Assembly: GCF_964204645.1 (NCBI RefSeq)
Contig: NC_134025.1
Coordinates: forward strand, 18,079,101 to 18,143,100
Reading direction: 5' to 3'
Source of the DNA: Tubulanus polymorphus
Lineage: Eukaryota; Animalia; Nemertea
Length of the DNA stretch: 64,000 nucleotides
Numbering within the stretch: position 1 is the first letter of the stretch; every line of letters starts with the position of its first letter. The position numbers were made by a program, and so were the translations under genes. This document shows positions 1-11,152 of this stretch, in pieces. The notes beneath the pieces are model-generated. The model had not been told where the DNA came from. It was given only the letters and a program-made list of their open reading frames with translations, and did not search any database.

Positions 1-554
1 ATTAATTATTGAAAATTCGAACAACGTTGTAAACCTTAACAATGGTTTTTCACCCCATAATAAACTTATATCAAAATTCCTCTGTAAACTGGTTAAACTC
101 AACACTTGATTTCCCCTTTGATTATTTGTTATTTGTTCTCTCATCAATTTCGTCTCTGACTTAACTTGTATTCACCTTTGTTTTAATTTAAGTGCCCTCT
201 AGTTTGTCTTTCTTTTTAATACTGACTTTAAGTTTCATTTATATTTATACTCACTATTGTTGTTTATAATTACCCCTTAGTTTGCTTCCCTTTAATCTAT
301 TTTAGCGTGTAACTGTTTCTACGTTAATTTTCCTTTAGTTTGTATCATCTCTGATTACTTGAATTATTCTCTTTGTCTCTGGATTGTATATATATCTAAT
401 AATTTCTGTAGTATCTCATTATTCCTGAAGATGACTATAAGGATATAGTCGAAACGTTGAAATAAACTACTATCTCGAAGTTTCATTTTCGGACTTTTTA
501 TTATCATTGTGGGATTCTCTCCTCATCGCGTCAACACGGATATAGTGTTCTACC
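1..554 (+). mobile_element. Penelope-like retroelement 3' end (GIY-YIG C-terminal tail plus pLTR), inserted in the viral integrase gene
   Basis: 2-109 reads LIIENSNNVVNLNNGFSPHNKL..., resembling the tail of the Penelope ORF at 49491-49745. Hammerhead core at 425-458. TGTGGGATT motif shared with the other two Penelope remnants. Confidence 0.8.
421..463 (+). ncRNA. Minimal type I hammerhead ribozyme (Penelope pLTR)
   Basis: CTGAAGA (425-431), stem II GACTATA/TATAGTC, GAAAC (451-455), then palindromic AACGTT. Confidence 0.8.
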
Positions 555-593
555 AATCGTGAAAATCAACCAACATATCAAATCCACAAGAAA

Positions 594-1502
594 ATGGATA
601 AAACTTATTTAACAAGAAAAGTTATGGTTTCATATATCGATCAACAATGGCAAGCAGATTTAATTGACAGGAAGAATTTAGAAGAACACAACAAAGGATA
701 TTTCTGGATATTAAATGTTATACATGTATTCAGTAGATACGCATGGTCAATTCCAATCAAAAATAAAACTGGTATAGAAGTTACAAATGCTTTTAAAAAT
801 ATATTTAAAGAAGCTATTCCAGGTAAGATACAATTTGATGAAGGTAAGGAATTTTATAATAAACATTTTAAAAAACTATTATCTGATAACGATGTAGAGT
901 ATTTTTCAACACACTCAGATAAAAAAGCATCTATTATAGAAAGAATTAATAAAACATTGAAAACTAGAATGTGGAAATATTTTACTGCTAATGAAACATA
1001 TAAATATATCGATGTGTTAGATGATTTAGTGAAAGGTTATAATAATTCAAAACATAGTTCTATAAATATGAAACCTATACAAGCTAGAAAAGAAGATAAT
1101 TCAGTTTGGAATAATTTATATGAAGCATTTGTTACACATGATTTTGGAGAACCTAAATTTAAAATAGGGCAACATGTTAGAATATCTAAATATAGAAAAA
1201 CCTTTTATAAAGGTTATACCCCTTATTTTACTGAAGAAATATTCAAGATTAAAAAGATAATATTAACTAAACCTTTTGTTTATAAATTAGAAGATTTAAA
1301 AGTTGAAGAAATATTAGGTTATTTCTATGAACAAGAATTATCACTTGTACCAAATCCAGATGAAATAGAATACAAAATAGAAAAAGTATTGAAAACAAAA
1401 ACTCTTAAAGGAAAAAAGTATTCTTTGGTGAAATATAAAGGGTATGATGATAAATTTAATGAATGGAATTTATCTAGTAAAATTAAAAGAATAAATGAAT
1501 AA
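594..1502 (+). CDS. Retroviral-like (rve) integrase with C-terminal chromodomain, Polinton type; true N-terminus disrupted
   Basis: DDE triad in WQADLID / IQFDEGKEF / IIERINKTLK. Chromodomain YKIEKVLKTK...LVKYKGYDDKFNEW. In-frame upstream NQPTYQIHKK matches copy D. Confidence 0.92.
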   Translation: MDKTYLTRKVMVSYIDQQWQADLIDRKNLEEHNKGYFWILNVIHVFSRYAWSIPIKNKTGIEVTNAFKNIFKEAIPGKIQFDEGKEFYNKHFKKLLSDNDVEYFSTHSDKKASIIERINKTLKTRMWKYFTANETYKYIDVLDDLVKGYNNSKHSSINMKPIQARKEDNSVWNNLYEAFVTHDFGEPKFKIGQHVRISKYRKTFYKGYTPYFTEEIFKIKKIILTKPFVYKLEDLKVEEILGYFYEQELSLVPNPDEIEYKIEKVLKTKTLKGKKYSLVKYKGYDDKFNEWNLSSKIKRINE

Positions 1503-2093
1503 AGATTTATTTATATTTGAACCGCATAATATGTTAGTTTCCGGGGTAACCAACTGTGATAAAACACATTTCATATTAGACTTGTTAGAAACTATTTATA
1601 AGAATCATTTTGATAATATAATATTATTCTGTCCTACTTATGAAATGAATAAAACATATAATAGAGATAAAGTTAAGATAAAAAAGTTTATTATATTAGA
1701 TCCTAAAACAGTAAAAGAAAATTTAGATAATTGTATTAAAATAGCAATTGATATTTATAAAGGATCAAATACATAATTCATTATAGATGATTGTGCAAAT
1801 TTACATGAGAGAAAGAGAGTTGTGTTATCTCGCTTTCTCTGGGAGACATTTTGGGATAACAACATGGGTTTTAAATCAAAAATATAATTCAATTGTTAAA
1901 GACTTTAGGGAGACTAAGATTTCTAGTTTTATTTTATAACAAAGATAGAAAATCTATGCAACAATGATTGGAAGAAAATCAAATTATACCTACTGAATTA
2001 CATGATGAATATATGAATAAATTAAAGAATAATAAAGGTTCAAAATTACTTCTGAGGCTTCAATTTCCATATGAATATAAATCTATAAAATAA
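1495..2093 (+). pseudogene. A32/FtsK-like DNA packaging ATPase (disrupted)
   Basis: Walker A GVTNCDKT (G>D). After the stop at 1776 come Walker B FIIDD and, frameshifted, SGRHFGITTWVLNQKY. Confidence 0.85.
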
Positions 2094-2149
2094 TGTATTT
2101 TAAGTATTAATGTATTAGATATGTTAATTAAATAATTTAAATTATTTCA

Positions 2150-2782
2150 AATTAATACCCCCTTATGTCTTTATGGTCTTTAGTAGTTTTAGTACTTTAA
2201 GTACATAAAGAATAACTCTATTTTATCAGTACTGAATAAAATTATTTTTAAAACTACTAAACTACTAAAGACAATAAAGACAATAGAGACATAACAAACA
2301 CATAGATTTATCATTGCTGAATCAAATATAAATAATAAATCTGTGAGATAAATAAATCTTTGATATAATTATTGAATCAAATATATATAATATATCTATG
2401 TGTGTTTGTTGTGTCTTTATTAACTTTAGTACTTTTAGTACATAAAGAATATATCTTTATTTTATTAGTACTTAGAAAAATAAATATATAAATAATTTTC
2501 ATATATGATAAATCTATGATATTTATCATTATTGAAACAGTAATATATAATAAATATGTGTGATAAATAAATATTATTATTGAAACAGTAATATATAAAA
2601 TCTATCAGATGAATAAATATAATTATTGAAACAGTGATATATATATATATATATATTTATGTATTTATCTCTGTAGTAGTTTAGTAGTTCTATTATATTT
2701 TTGAAACTACTTATAATATAAAGATTTATTCTTTATGTACTAAAAGTACTAAAGACAATAAAGACATAAGGGGTATTATATT
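2150..2782. repeat. AT-rich non-coding region with inverted and direct ~55-bp repeats between the convergent viral gene blocks
   Basis: TAATACCCCCTTATGTCTTTA...AGTACATAAAGAATAA (2153-2216) is the reverse complement of 2726-2779. Partial copies near 2250-2295 and 2410-2452. ATTATTGAAACAGT repeats at 2528-2635. Confidence 0.75.
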
Positions 2783-2793
2783 CATATTTTAGA

Positions 2794-3920
2794 TTACTTT
2801 TCTGATTCTAATTCTAAAAACAATTTGAGCCATGCATCTTTCAATTCCTGTGATTTTCTATTACCTTCAACTTCACCTAATAGTTTGGTGTGATAACCAT
2901 CAACAGCATTCAAATTCTTAGCATACAATTCATAAGTTAAATAAATATATTGCTTTAATTTGTCTTCACTTATATTTTTATATTTATTTTTTGCATCATT
3001 TCTTATTTCATTTATAACATCCTGTGAAAAATCTTCATAACTGTAATATTGAATTATTTCATCAAAGTTATCACTTTTATCATCATAATTATCATTAGCA
3101 GCAACTTTTGTCAATTATATTAAAAAATCTGTATTTTTAAATTTTATGAAATAATGCATACCTGAATAATCACCCGGATATGTTTTTATACGTGTTCAAT
3201 CAGTTTTTAGACTTGTTTTGGATTATTTCTTACATAATCGATAAAATTTGATCTATATAATTTCCTATGATTATTATTTTCGATATCAAAAAATACACTT
3301 GGTGCTCTATAAAGACGTTTTGAATCAATAGCTTTTATTGTATGTTCAATAGAATTATCATGTTTAATTTTATCTTTAGGTAAGACAACAACATTACACT
3401 TTTCACATATATTTCTCTCTACATTATCAAAATGTATTTGAGTTAATTTATGCTTTGAAAAAATACTACGACTTATATATTTATCACATTCTTCACAATA
3501 TTTATCATTATTATTATCTTCTTTAGCATTATCATTATCAATTTCACTATCATTATTAAATTCATTTATAGTCTTGTTCTTATTTTTCTTATACTTGAGT
3601 GAATTAAGATGAGTTGCCCAATTCGTATAACTTTTATACTGTTTACATACGTAACAATATTTTTCATTTGTCTTTTTGGTTTTGATATCAGGTTCAATCT
3701 TATCATCATTCGATGTAGAAGGTATAAAATTATCTTCTATTTTAGATTCAATATTATCTTCTTTTTTTATTTCAATATTATCTTCTATTTTACTTATTCT
3801 ATATTTTAATTGATTAAAGTATTCTCCAAAATACTTACTGTATTCATCATGAGGTATTATATCATATATATCTGGTATCATTTCACTTGGAGTTTGTATT
3901 TCATATATTCCTCCTTCCAT
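2794..3920 (-). pseudogene. Viral zinc-finger protein (three CxxC...H...H fingers), probably one frameshifted gene
   Basis: CYVCKQY..THLNS, CEECDKY..KHKLTQIH and CEKCNVV..KHDNSIEH in ORF 3207-3920. Coding-like sequence bridges to ORF 2794-3114. Confidence 0.65.
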
Positions 3921-3944
3921 TTATTATAAAAAGTTTCATTAAAA

Positions 3945-5203
3945 TTAAAATTCTAATACATAGTACACACTATTTAATTGAGAATTTACGATATTTAATT
4001 GCGCGTCAGATATAATATAAACGTGCATTTTAAAATTTAAGCTTCCTTTTTTCTTTTTCATGAATAATTGTATTCCATCTTTAGTGTTCTGTAGTTTTTT
4101 CCCAGAACCATGTAATGAATTATCCTCCGTTGTTCTAAAATCTAACCATAGTGCATATTTATTACCGGTATAAAAATCAATTTGATTAATATTACAATTT
4201 TCAGATGATTTTACTTTTTCATTCATAAAATGTTTTCTAATTCCTGGCCATTGATCTATCATTCTCATTACTTGACAAAATATTTTATTTGCTATACCTT
4301 CGATAGTTATTTCTACTTTTGTTATTTCTGGATTATAATACTTATCAACCTGTATTGCACCATTAGAATATGTTGCAACGGTAAAAAATATTAATATACC
4401 TTTAATAGATCTTCTTGGGAAGTTAATATTCTCATTAATTATTTCATCATGTGCATTAATAGTTACAGTTTTAAATTTATCAATATAATCATATAATAAT
4501 GAAAATCCTTGATTGTATTGAGTTTGAATTATACTTGAAATATTTTTATGTTACTGTATCATATTCTAAACATATATTCGATAATTTATAACTCATATCT
4601 TTATTAACGCTAGATATTACAATTTCATTAACTGGAGCAAATGTTATCTCAAATATAACGTCTTCTTGAATTGCGTATTTATATAAAGGTGCATTATTAT
4701 TTATCAATTCAAAGTCTAATGGGATTTTATATTTGCTTCCATATATACTTTTTATCAATTTATCTAGAGCATTAGTTAATATTGCATTATGTGCTTCTGA
4801 TCTTAATTTATTTTGGTTTTCTGATTCGATGCCTTGAAATATCATATTATTTCTATTTTCTTTAGTTAATCATAAATCTTTATAATGCATAAATAAATTA
4901 TAATCATCTAATGAGTTAAACTGTTTCTGGACCAATCTTTATAGTTAATTTTTTAATCAAATATCTTCCAACATTATCAACAACATAATTATTACTATTA
5001 CCGGTTACTTTTATATCAGCTGATAGATAAATACTATTTGGAACATAAAAAGTATTTTGTGTTAATCGAGGGATTCTAACATATAAAGTTTCATCAGGAT
5101 TAATATAAGAAGGATTATGAGTAATTATATGATGAGATCTTTCTGCTTTAATAGCATTAGATATTCTAGGATTCTTAGAAGGATTTATATAACTCCCACT
5201 CAT
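3945..5203 (-). pseudogene. Putative major capsid protein (double jelly-roll/hexon-like), frameshifted
   Basis: Three collinear ORF pieces total ~420 codons, beta-rich (HHIITHNPSYINPDETLYVRIPRL; NICLEYDTV; KYALWLDFRTTEDNSLHGSG). Best-conserved gene against copy D. Fold is inferred from size, context and recollection of similar animal Polinton proteins. Confidence 0.7.
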
Positions 5204-5223
5204 TTATTTAACAAAAAAATTAA

Positions 5224-6928
5224 TTATTTATTTTTTATCATATTCACTAACCCAAAAATAATTGCACTTACAACTTTAATTAAAAATAAAATAATATGTT
5301 CAGCAGCAAAGTTAAGAATATTCCCAGCAGATTTCAATATAAAACCAACAATCGATGCAATAACTGCACGTAAAGCTGCAGCAGATTTTTGAGATAGTTC
5401 CCATAGATATTTTGCTAATTTTTTAAACCATCCGTAACTTTATCTTGTATAGAATTATTATTGGGAGGTTTATCAGGTTTATTGGGAGTAGGTGTAGATT
5501 TTAATGAATTTGATATGGCTAAACCTATTGTTGTGAATACCATAGTTACAGCTGTTAGAATTGAAAGAATTGTTATTCCTTCTAATTTAAATAATAATTT
5601 TATTCTATCTTTTAATGATATTTCAGAATTTGGTTTTATCGACAAATCTTTAAAAATAACTTTTAATATTTTAATATGATTAAGGTCAAATGATTTTAAT
5701 AATATATCTCTTTCCTTTTCCTGAAATTTTTATTATATTTTAAATCATCTATTTCTTTTTCTAAAGCTAACTTTCTGCATTCATAATCAACTTCATCAAT
5801 TACTTGAAGATTTTTATTTAATTCTAATTGTTTTAATTCTTCATTTGCATGAATTAATTCTTTTTCTAACATGGTTATTTTAGAAAATCTCATCTTAATA
5901 TTAGCAATTTCACCAGCTGATTCTTGCATACCTTTAATTTCTCTACGTGCTTGTTCAGGAAATGCTTCTAATTCGTCATCAGTTAAATCAAGTAATCCTT
6001 TTTCTAGTAAAGATTGCATTCGATTTATTCCAGTTTCAGCACCAGATGTATCTAACATACTATTCATCTGTTCTTCTGTATCACTTAATCTATCAATTTG
6101 TTTTTCTAATACTAATTGTAATTGACTTGAAACATAATCAATTTGTTGAATATCTCTTCTCGATGTTTCTGGTGTTGAAGATCTTAATTTATCTAATCGA
6201 TCTCCATACTCTTCCATTTCAGGATCATAAGTAGGATTTGGATTTGGTTTTTTAAATGGTGAATAATTGTTAATATCAATATTCGGAATTGGTTCTTTTT
6301 CATTTAACCTTTCGAGTACATTCCATATAATTCTGAGAAATTCTAAACCACCTTTTGAACGTTCAATCGTAGATCTTGCTTAATTTCAGGTTCATACATA
6401 TTTTCTTGTTCCATTCTAGATCATTTAATTGTTACAGTTTTCCTATTTAATTCCAGATTATAATACCACGCATCATTTTTAAATTCTAAATTATTCGTGA
6501 AAAATGGGTCATCTTTTAGAATTTGTATTACAATATCTTCTGAATCAACTTTATCTATTACATCTTTTGGTAATAATTCGTTTACAACTGTATCTGTTAT
6601 TCTAGTTTTCATAAAATATAATTCTTTTTTTAAATCAGGAAATTCTTCTTGTTGTAATTGTAATTGATTCATAAATCTTTTTTTTTCTGATCTAGTTGAA
6701 ATTCTACCACTTGCTTCAGCCGCTTTATATCTTTCTAATTTTTCATGTAATTCATCATAAGAACCACTATTATTAGGATCTTAAGTAGAATATACATCAT
6801 CACCATCACCTAAATAAGAATTGTATGCTGATCCATCATCATTATCAATATTAGTTTCATTAAAATCAGGTTGTGGTTCATCACTGTGGGGCGTCACCAA
6901 AAGTATCCATTGGAATATCTTCTTCCAT
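5224..6928 (-). pseudogene. Large viral protein: acidic N-terminus, coiled coil, C-terminal transmembrane helices
   Basis: ORF pieces 6421-6672, 5696-6217 and 5415-5645. TM segments ITILSILTAVTMVFTTIGLAI and IILFLIKVVSAIIFGLV. Homologues in copies C and D. Confidence 0.65.
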
Positions 6929-6943
6929 TTATGTAATAAAAAA

Positions 6944-8298
6944 TTAAAATTTGAAATATAATATTCCTCCTATAACAATTCCTATACAAGTAATAGCTAA
7001 TTCAGTATTTTTATGGGATTTATTATCATTGTTAGTTTTAGTTATATCATGTTGAATATTATCAGTTTTTATATCACCGTGTGGGTACCGTACGGCACCA
7101 TTTTCTGTAGTATTGTAATCTTTTATTTTAGAATCATTATTTAATTTGATATTCTTAGTTTAAGTTTCAGTTGATTGAATATGTTTTTTTATTTTTTTCA
7201 CCTTCCATCAATTTTGGAGCAGTAATAATCTTTTTATTTATATCATTCAATCCAAATGAATTATTTATTGTTGAAGTCTTAATTAAATTATTTTAACCAA
7301 TTATATTTCCCATCTTTAATATTAAATCATTAGAAATAATAAATAGATTAGGGCCTATACAATAATTTAATCTAATATGTGATTTATCTAAATAATTTTG
7401 ATATCTTACAATGTTTTCTGGAATCGATCTATTTTTATCATTATGAATGGAATCTTCAAATAATACTTTGAATTGTTTCTGTGCATCAAATGAAGTGTTA
7501 TCATTTCCAACTATTGGTGATCTTGTTTCACCTTGCGCACCTAGAATACATATCAAATAAGTTCTAATTGATTGATTTATTCTTTGTATACCTGATTTAG
7601 TAAAACCTTCACTATTTTCTAAAATGAAATTAATCCAACCATTATTATTTTGTTGTTATATATTATTATAATATTTTGCTAATTCATTCCAATTTAGTGT
7701 TCTTATATCTGTATTTGTCATTATTTTTCATAATTCTTTAGTATATAATATTCCTAATCCACCCATTTTACCAATTTTTGCTCTAAAATCATTATTTAAA
7801 TTAATATTAAATTCATTACATATTTTATAAAACTTAGAAAAATTAATATTATTATTTAGTTCATTAAAGTATTTTGAACCTGGTAAAGGGCACTCTAATT
7901 CATTCAATATTAATTTTTATTTGAAAATATGTATGAAATCTAAAAAGTGATAACATCAATGGTAAACTTGGTTTGTTTAAATGATCATTCCAACTTATAC
8001 CACACCCTGTTGTTGCGCAATTAACAGCAAAATTTAATTGGTTCTGCCAATACTTCATATTAGATTTTAATAACCATTGTTTTGCCTCATTTAAATTTTT
8101 AAAATTAATTACGTAAACATTGAATATATTTTCCATCTTTACATTAAAATTATTACTTTCAGTAACATAAATACCTAAATTAATTAATGAATTTAAAACT
8201 TCATTTCTATATGAAATATCTTTATTTAAATCTATTGCAGGAATATTATATTTAATTGATTTATAATATTGAAAAGCTTTTGGAAAACTATCTACCAT
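6944..8298 (-). pseudogene. Conserved viral protein with C-terminal membrane anchor
   Basis: ORF pieces 7900-8298 (YWQNQLNFAVNCATTGCG) and 7293-7556. Ends ...ELAITCIGIVIGGILYFKF. Homologue at 60570-61795. Confidence 0.65.
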
Positions 8299-8313
8299 TT
8301 ATATAATTAAAAA

Positions 8314-8768
8314 ATTAATAATTTATTAATTATTTTAATAATTTATTTTGTTCTTCAACTGTTATATTACCATTTAAACTTATTATATAATCTAGTGTGT
8401 TTTTTAATTAATTAATTTCTTTTATATTAGTTTTATATTTTATTTATTTTACTAATTTTTTCTTTATTACTTTTTATATTTAATTTTGAACTAATACCAG
8501 TTAAAACACTTGATGATAATCCTAGCACACCACTTGATATGGCTAAAGGTGTTAATGGACTGAATATTGCTAGAAATGTTATTACAGCACTAATTGTAAC
8601 TGAACCACTTATAATAAAATAATATATAATTTTACTTTTTAAATATTTTTTCTTTTTAACTTTTAAATCATTTTCAAATTCTAATATTTGTTTTTCTAAA
8701 TATGTTTTTAATTTAGTTTTATTTATATCATGGGGAATAATATCAATATTATCAACTTTATCATCCAT
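8314..8768 (-). pseudogene. Viral two-TM protein with coiled-coil flanks
   Basis: IIYYFIISGSVTISAVITFLAIFSPLTPLAISSGVLGLSSSVLTGI hydrophobic hairpin. Homologue in copy D. Confidence 0.65.
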
Positions 8769-9630
8769 TTATTTAGCAAAAAAAATTACTACTTAGTAAG
8801 TTTATATGCTACAAATATAACAATAACAGTTCCACCTAAAATCCAAATTATTTCATATTTATGTTGTTCTTTACTTGGGGTATGATAATCTGATAATTTA
8901 GGTTTGTATAGATGTAATTTTTCTTTATTGGTTACCGCGTTATATAAACTCATTGCATCATCAACTGATTGAAAATCTGGCGCTAGTCCAGTATACGACA
9001 TTATAGTGCGTGTGTAGAGTTACACTGCGTTCTTCGGTCAGTGTTAACAGCGTTTGACAGTTGACAGTTGACAGTTAGAGTAAACGACGAGACGAGCTGG
9101 CAACCTGTCAACCATGACTGCAGTGTGGCTTTTATTTCATCTGCCTTTTGCTGATATTTTTCTTCATTGTAGATTTTCATTGTTTATCATATATGCATTG
9201 TGTAAGAATCATAAGGTTGCGGATGACATAGGCCTATATCTGTTTAATATTTCGAAAATACCAAAAAAGGTACATGAATAAAATTGCAAATCTATTTCCG
9301 GGGCACATTCGCATGCACTTCAGCAATTTCACTGTCAAAACAGGCAAGTTCATGCGTGAATAAGCGTCCCCATATTTACCTATTCACCTAAGTTCATGGT
9401 GCATTGAGCGTTACGTTATTTCGGTATAAAAACGAAATATCAACAACCAATCTGTCAGCACAGATAGCAGCTGATTCAAGCATGAATTCTATCTAACCTC
9501 AAAAAGCGTCGGTGATAATTGACTTCGTAAAGGATGTCCTACCATGTCTGCGACAAGGCATTTATTCTTTAAGCCAGCTCCAGAAACACTTTCGCCAGGG
9601 GCAACCGCTTAACGCCGAAATGCCGAATCG

Positions 9631-9631
<1 letters not shown>

Positions 9632-9725
<94 letters not shown>
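9632..9725. repeat. (TA)n microsatellite
   Basis: Uninterrupted TA run of about 94 bp. Confidence 0.98.
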
Positions 9726-9728
<3 letters not shown>

Positions 9729-10059
9729 TTAACTAATAAAAGTAACAGTAAAATCATTATATTGGGTCTAAGGCTAGGGTTTCGATAGGGTTAGTGTCAA
9801 AAGGGTGAGAAGAGGGTCCGGAGGGTTCCGTTTTACCCCTAGGGATAGGATTAGGGTAAGGTGAGGTACTATAGATAGTTAAAACATTCACATGGTTGTC
9901 AGCGAGCTCGTTGGTCTTGTGGTATGACGCTGCGCTCGTAATCGTATCGGTGGGGTTTCGATCGAATTGCAGATGGCCACGACGTTTACTTTTTAATGAT
10001 ATTTCTTTCTCCTCTAATGCAACCAGACAAGTCGTTCATCTTGGGTTATCATAGGGAGG

Positions 10060-10315
10060 ATGTGTAGGGTGTCACATGTCAAACGTCCTGTGGAGTCATC
10101 ACCTAACTGCTGTGTAGGGTGTCTACTTGTCAACCGTCCTGTGCAGTCATCACCTAACTGTTGCGTAGGGTGTCTACCTGTCAACCGCCCTGTGCAGTCA
10201 TCACCTAACTGTTGTGTAGGGTGTCTACCTGTCAACCGTCCTGTGCATTCATCACCTAACTGTTATGTAGGGTGTCATCTGTCAGCCGTCTTGTGGAGTC
10301 GTCACCCTAGTATGT
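10060..10315. repeat. 51-bp minisatellite, about 5 copies
   Basis: Unit GTAGGGTGTCTACCTGTCAACCGTCCTGTGCAGTCATCACCTAACTGTTGT. Confidence 0.9.
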
Positions 10316-10749
10316 AAGATATCGCATGTCATCAGCTGTAGAATATGGATTCCCAATCAACGATCTATTTTCATGGAAATTCTTTTAGTTCCATATTACT
10401 ACGCGTTTATGTTTCAGCTTGCGCATTAATTCCCCGATTTACTTCAAAAGTATCTCTACACGTTGCACTATAATGTCGTATATCGGACTTGGGCCGAAAA
10501 TCTCTATGTGAAATCTTCTGATCATATAATTCTTTATTGATGTAATCCATATAGTTTTGCCTCTTTTCTCTATATTCTTCTGCTGCTTTATTGTATTTCT
10601 CTAATGCTAAGTTATGTCTTTTTTGTTCTGATAATGAACTATTTTTATCAATATGCTTAAACAAATACCCACCACCAGTAAATGCTAAAGCGTTAACAAT
10701 TGCCGATCCTATAATCGTTATAATTGCAGATGCCATTTATTTAGTAAAA

Positions 10750-10981
10750 ATATTATACATTTATATAGGAGGAATATATTTTTGTTTTCCCAAATAATCA
10801 ATAGCTAAATTAGATAAAGTAACTGCTAATGTTAATTTTAAAATATCATTTATATCAAATCTATCAACATTAACACTTCCCATTTTAAATACTTTTTTAA
10901 AAGCATTGAATAACCAACAGTTCCAACTGATAATAATGCTCCATTATATAATCCAGTTATTATCCACTTATTATCACTCAT
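10750..10981 (-). pseudogene. Small viral two-TM protein (MSDNKWIITGLY...)
   Basis: Frameshifted homologue of the intact ORF 40804-41031. Confidence 0.7.
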
Positions 10982-11152
10982 TTATTTATCAAAAAAATTA
11001 CTATCTTCAAAATATTTTGTTATCTTAGTTATAATGAGGACTCTACGATCGACTGTGGCAAGTCAGTATCACTAGATGGCGCTCAGAATAGTCAGACAGG
11101 ATCACCTGAATGGATGTATGTTGATTAACGCGGTTTTTCGACTATCATGACT

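Larger units (their letters stand above)
8979..10495. mobile_element. Non-autonomous TIR DNA transposon with 8-bp TSD (Merlin-like by termini)
   Basis: TSD GAAAATCT at 8971-8978 and 10496-10503. Imperfect ~45-bp TIRs GGC..AGTCC..TATACGACATTATAGTGC. No transposase. Superfamily inferred from the 5'-GG end plus 8-bp TSD. Confidence 0.85.
8789..10736 (-). pseudogene. Viral membrane protein (MASAIITIIG...) split by a TIR transposon
   Basis: 10736-10496 joined to 8970-8789 gives a continuous frame ...HRDFQSVDDAMSLY..., matching uninterrupted sequence in copy D. Hydrophobic N- and C-termini. Confidence 0.8.

Noticed and set aside
5117-6234. Plus-strand ORFs over the viral genes (also 59017-59406, 10591-10797, 63616-63816)
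   Set aside because: Antisense shadows of the minus-strand genes.
9512-9757. YIYIYI ORFs on both strands
   Set aside because: Translation of the (TA)n microsatellite.
9903-9970. tRNA-like sequence inside the TIR element
   Set aside because: Too degenerate, with a broken B box. At most an old SINE head.
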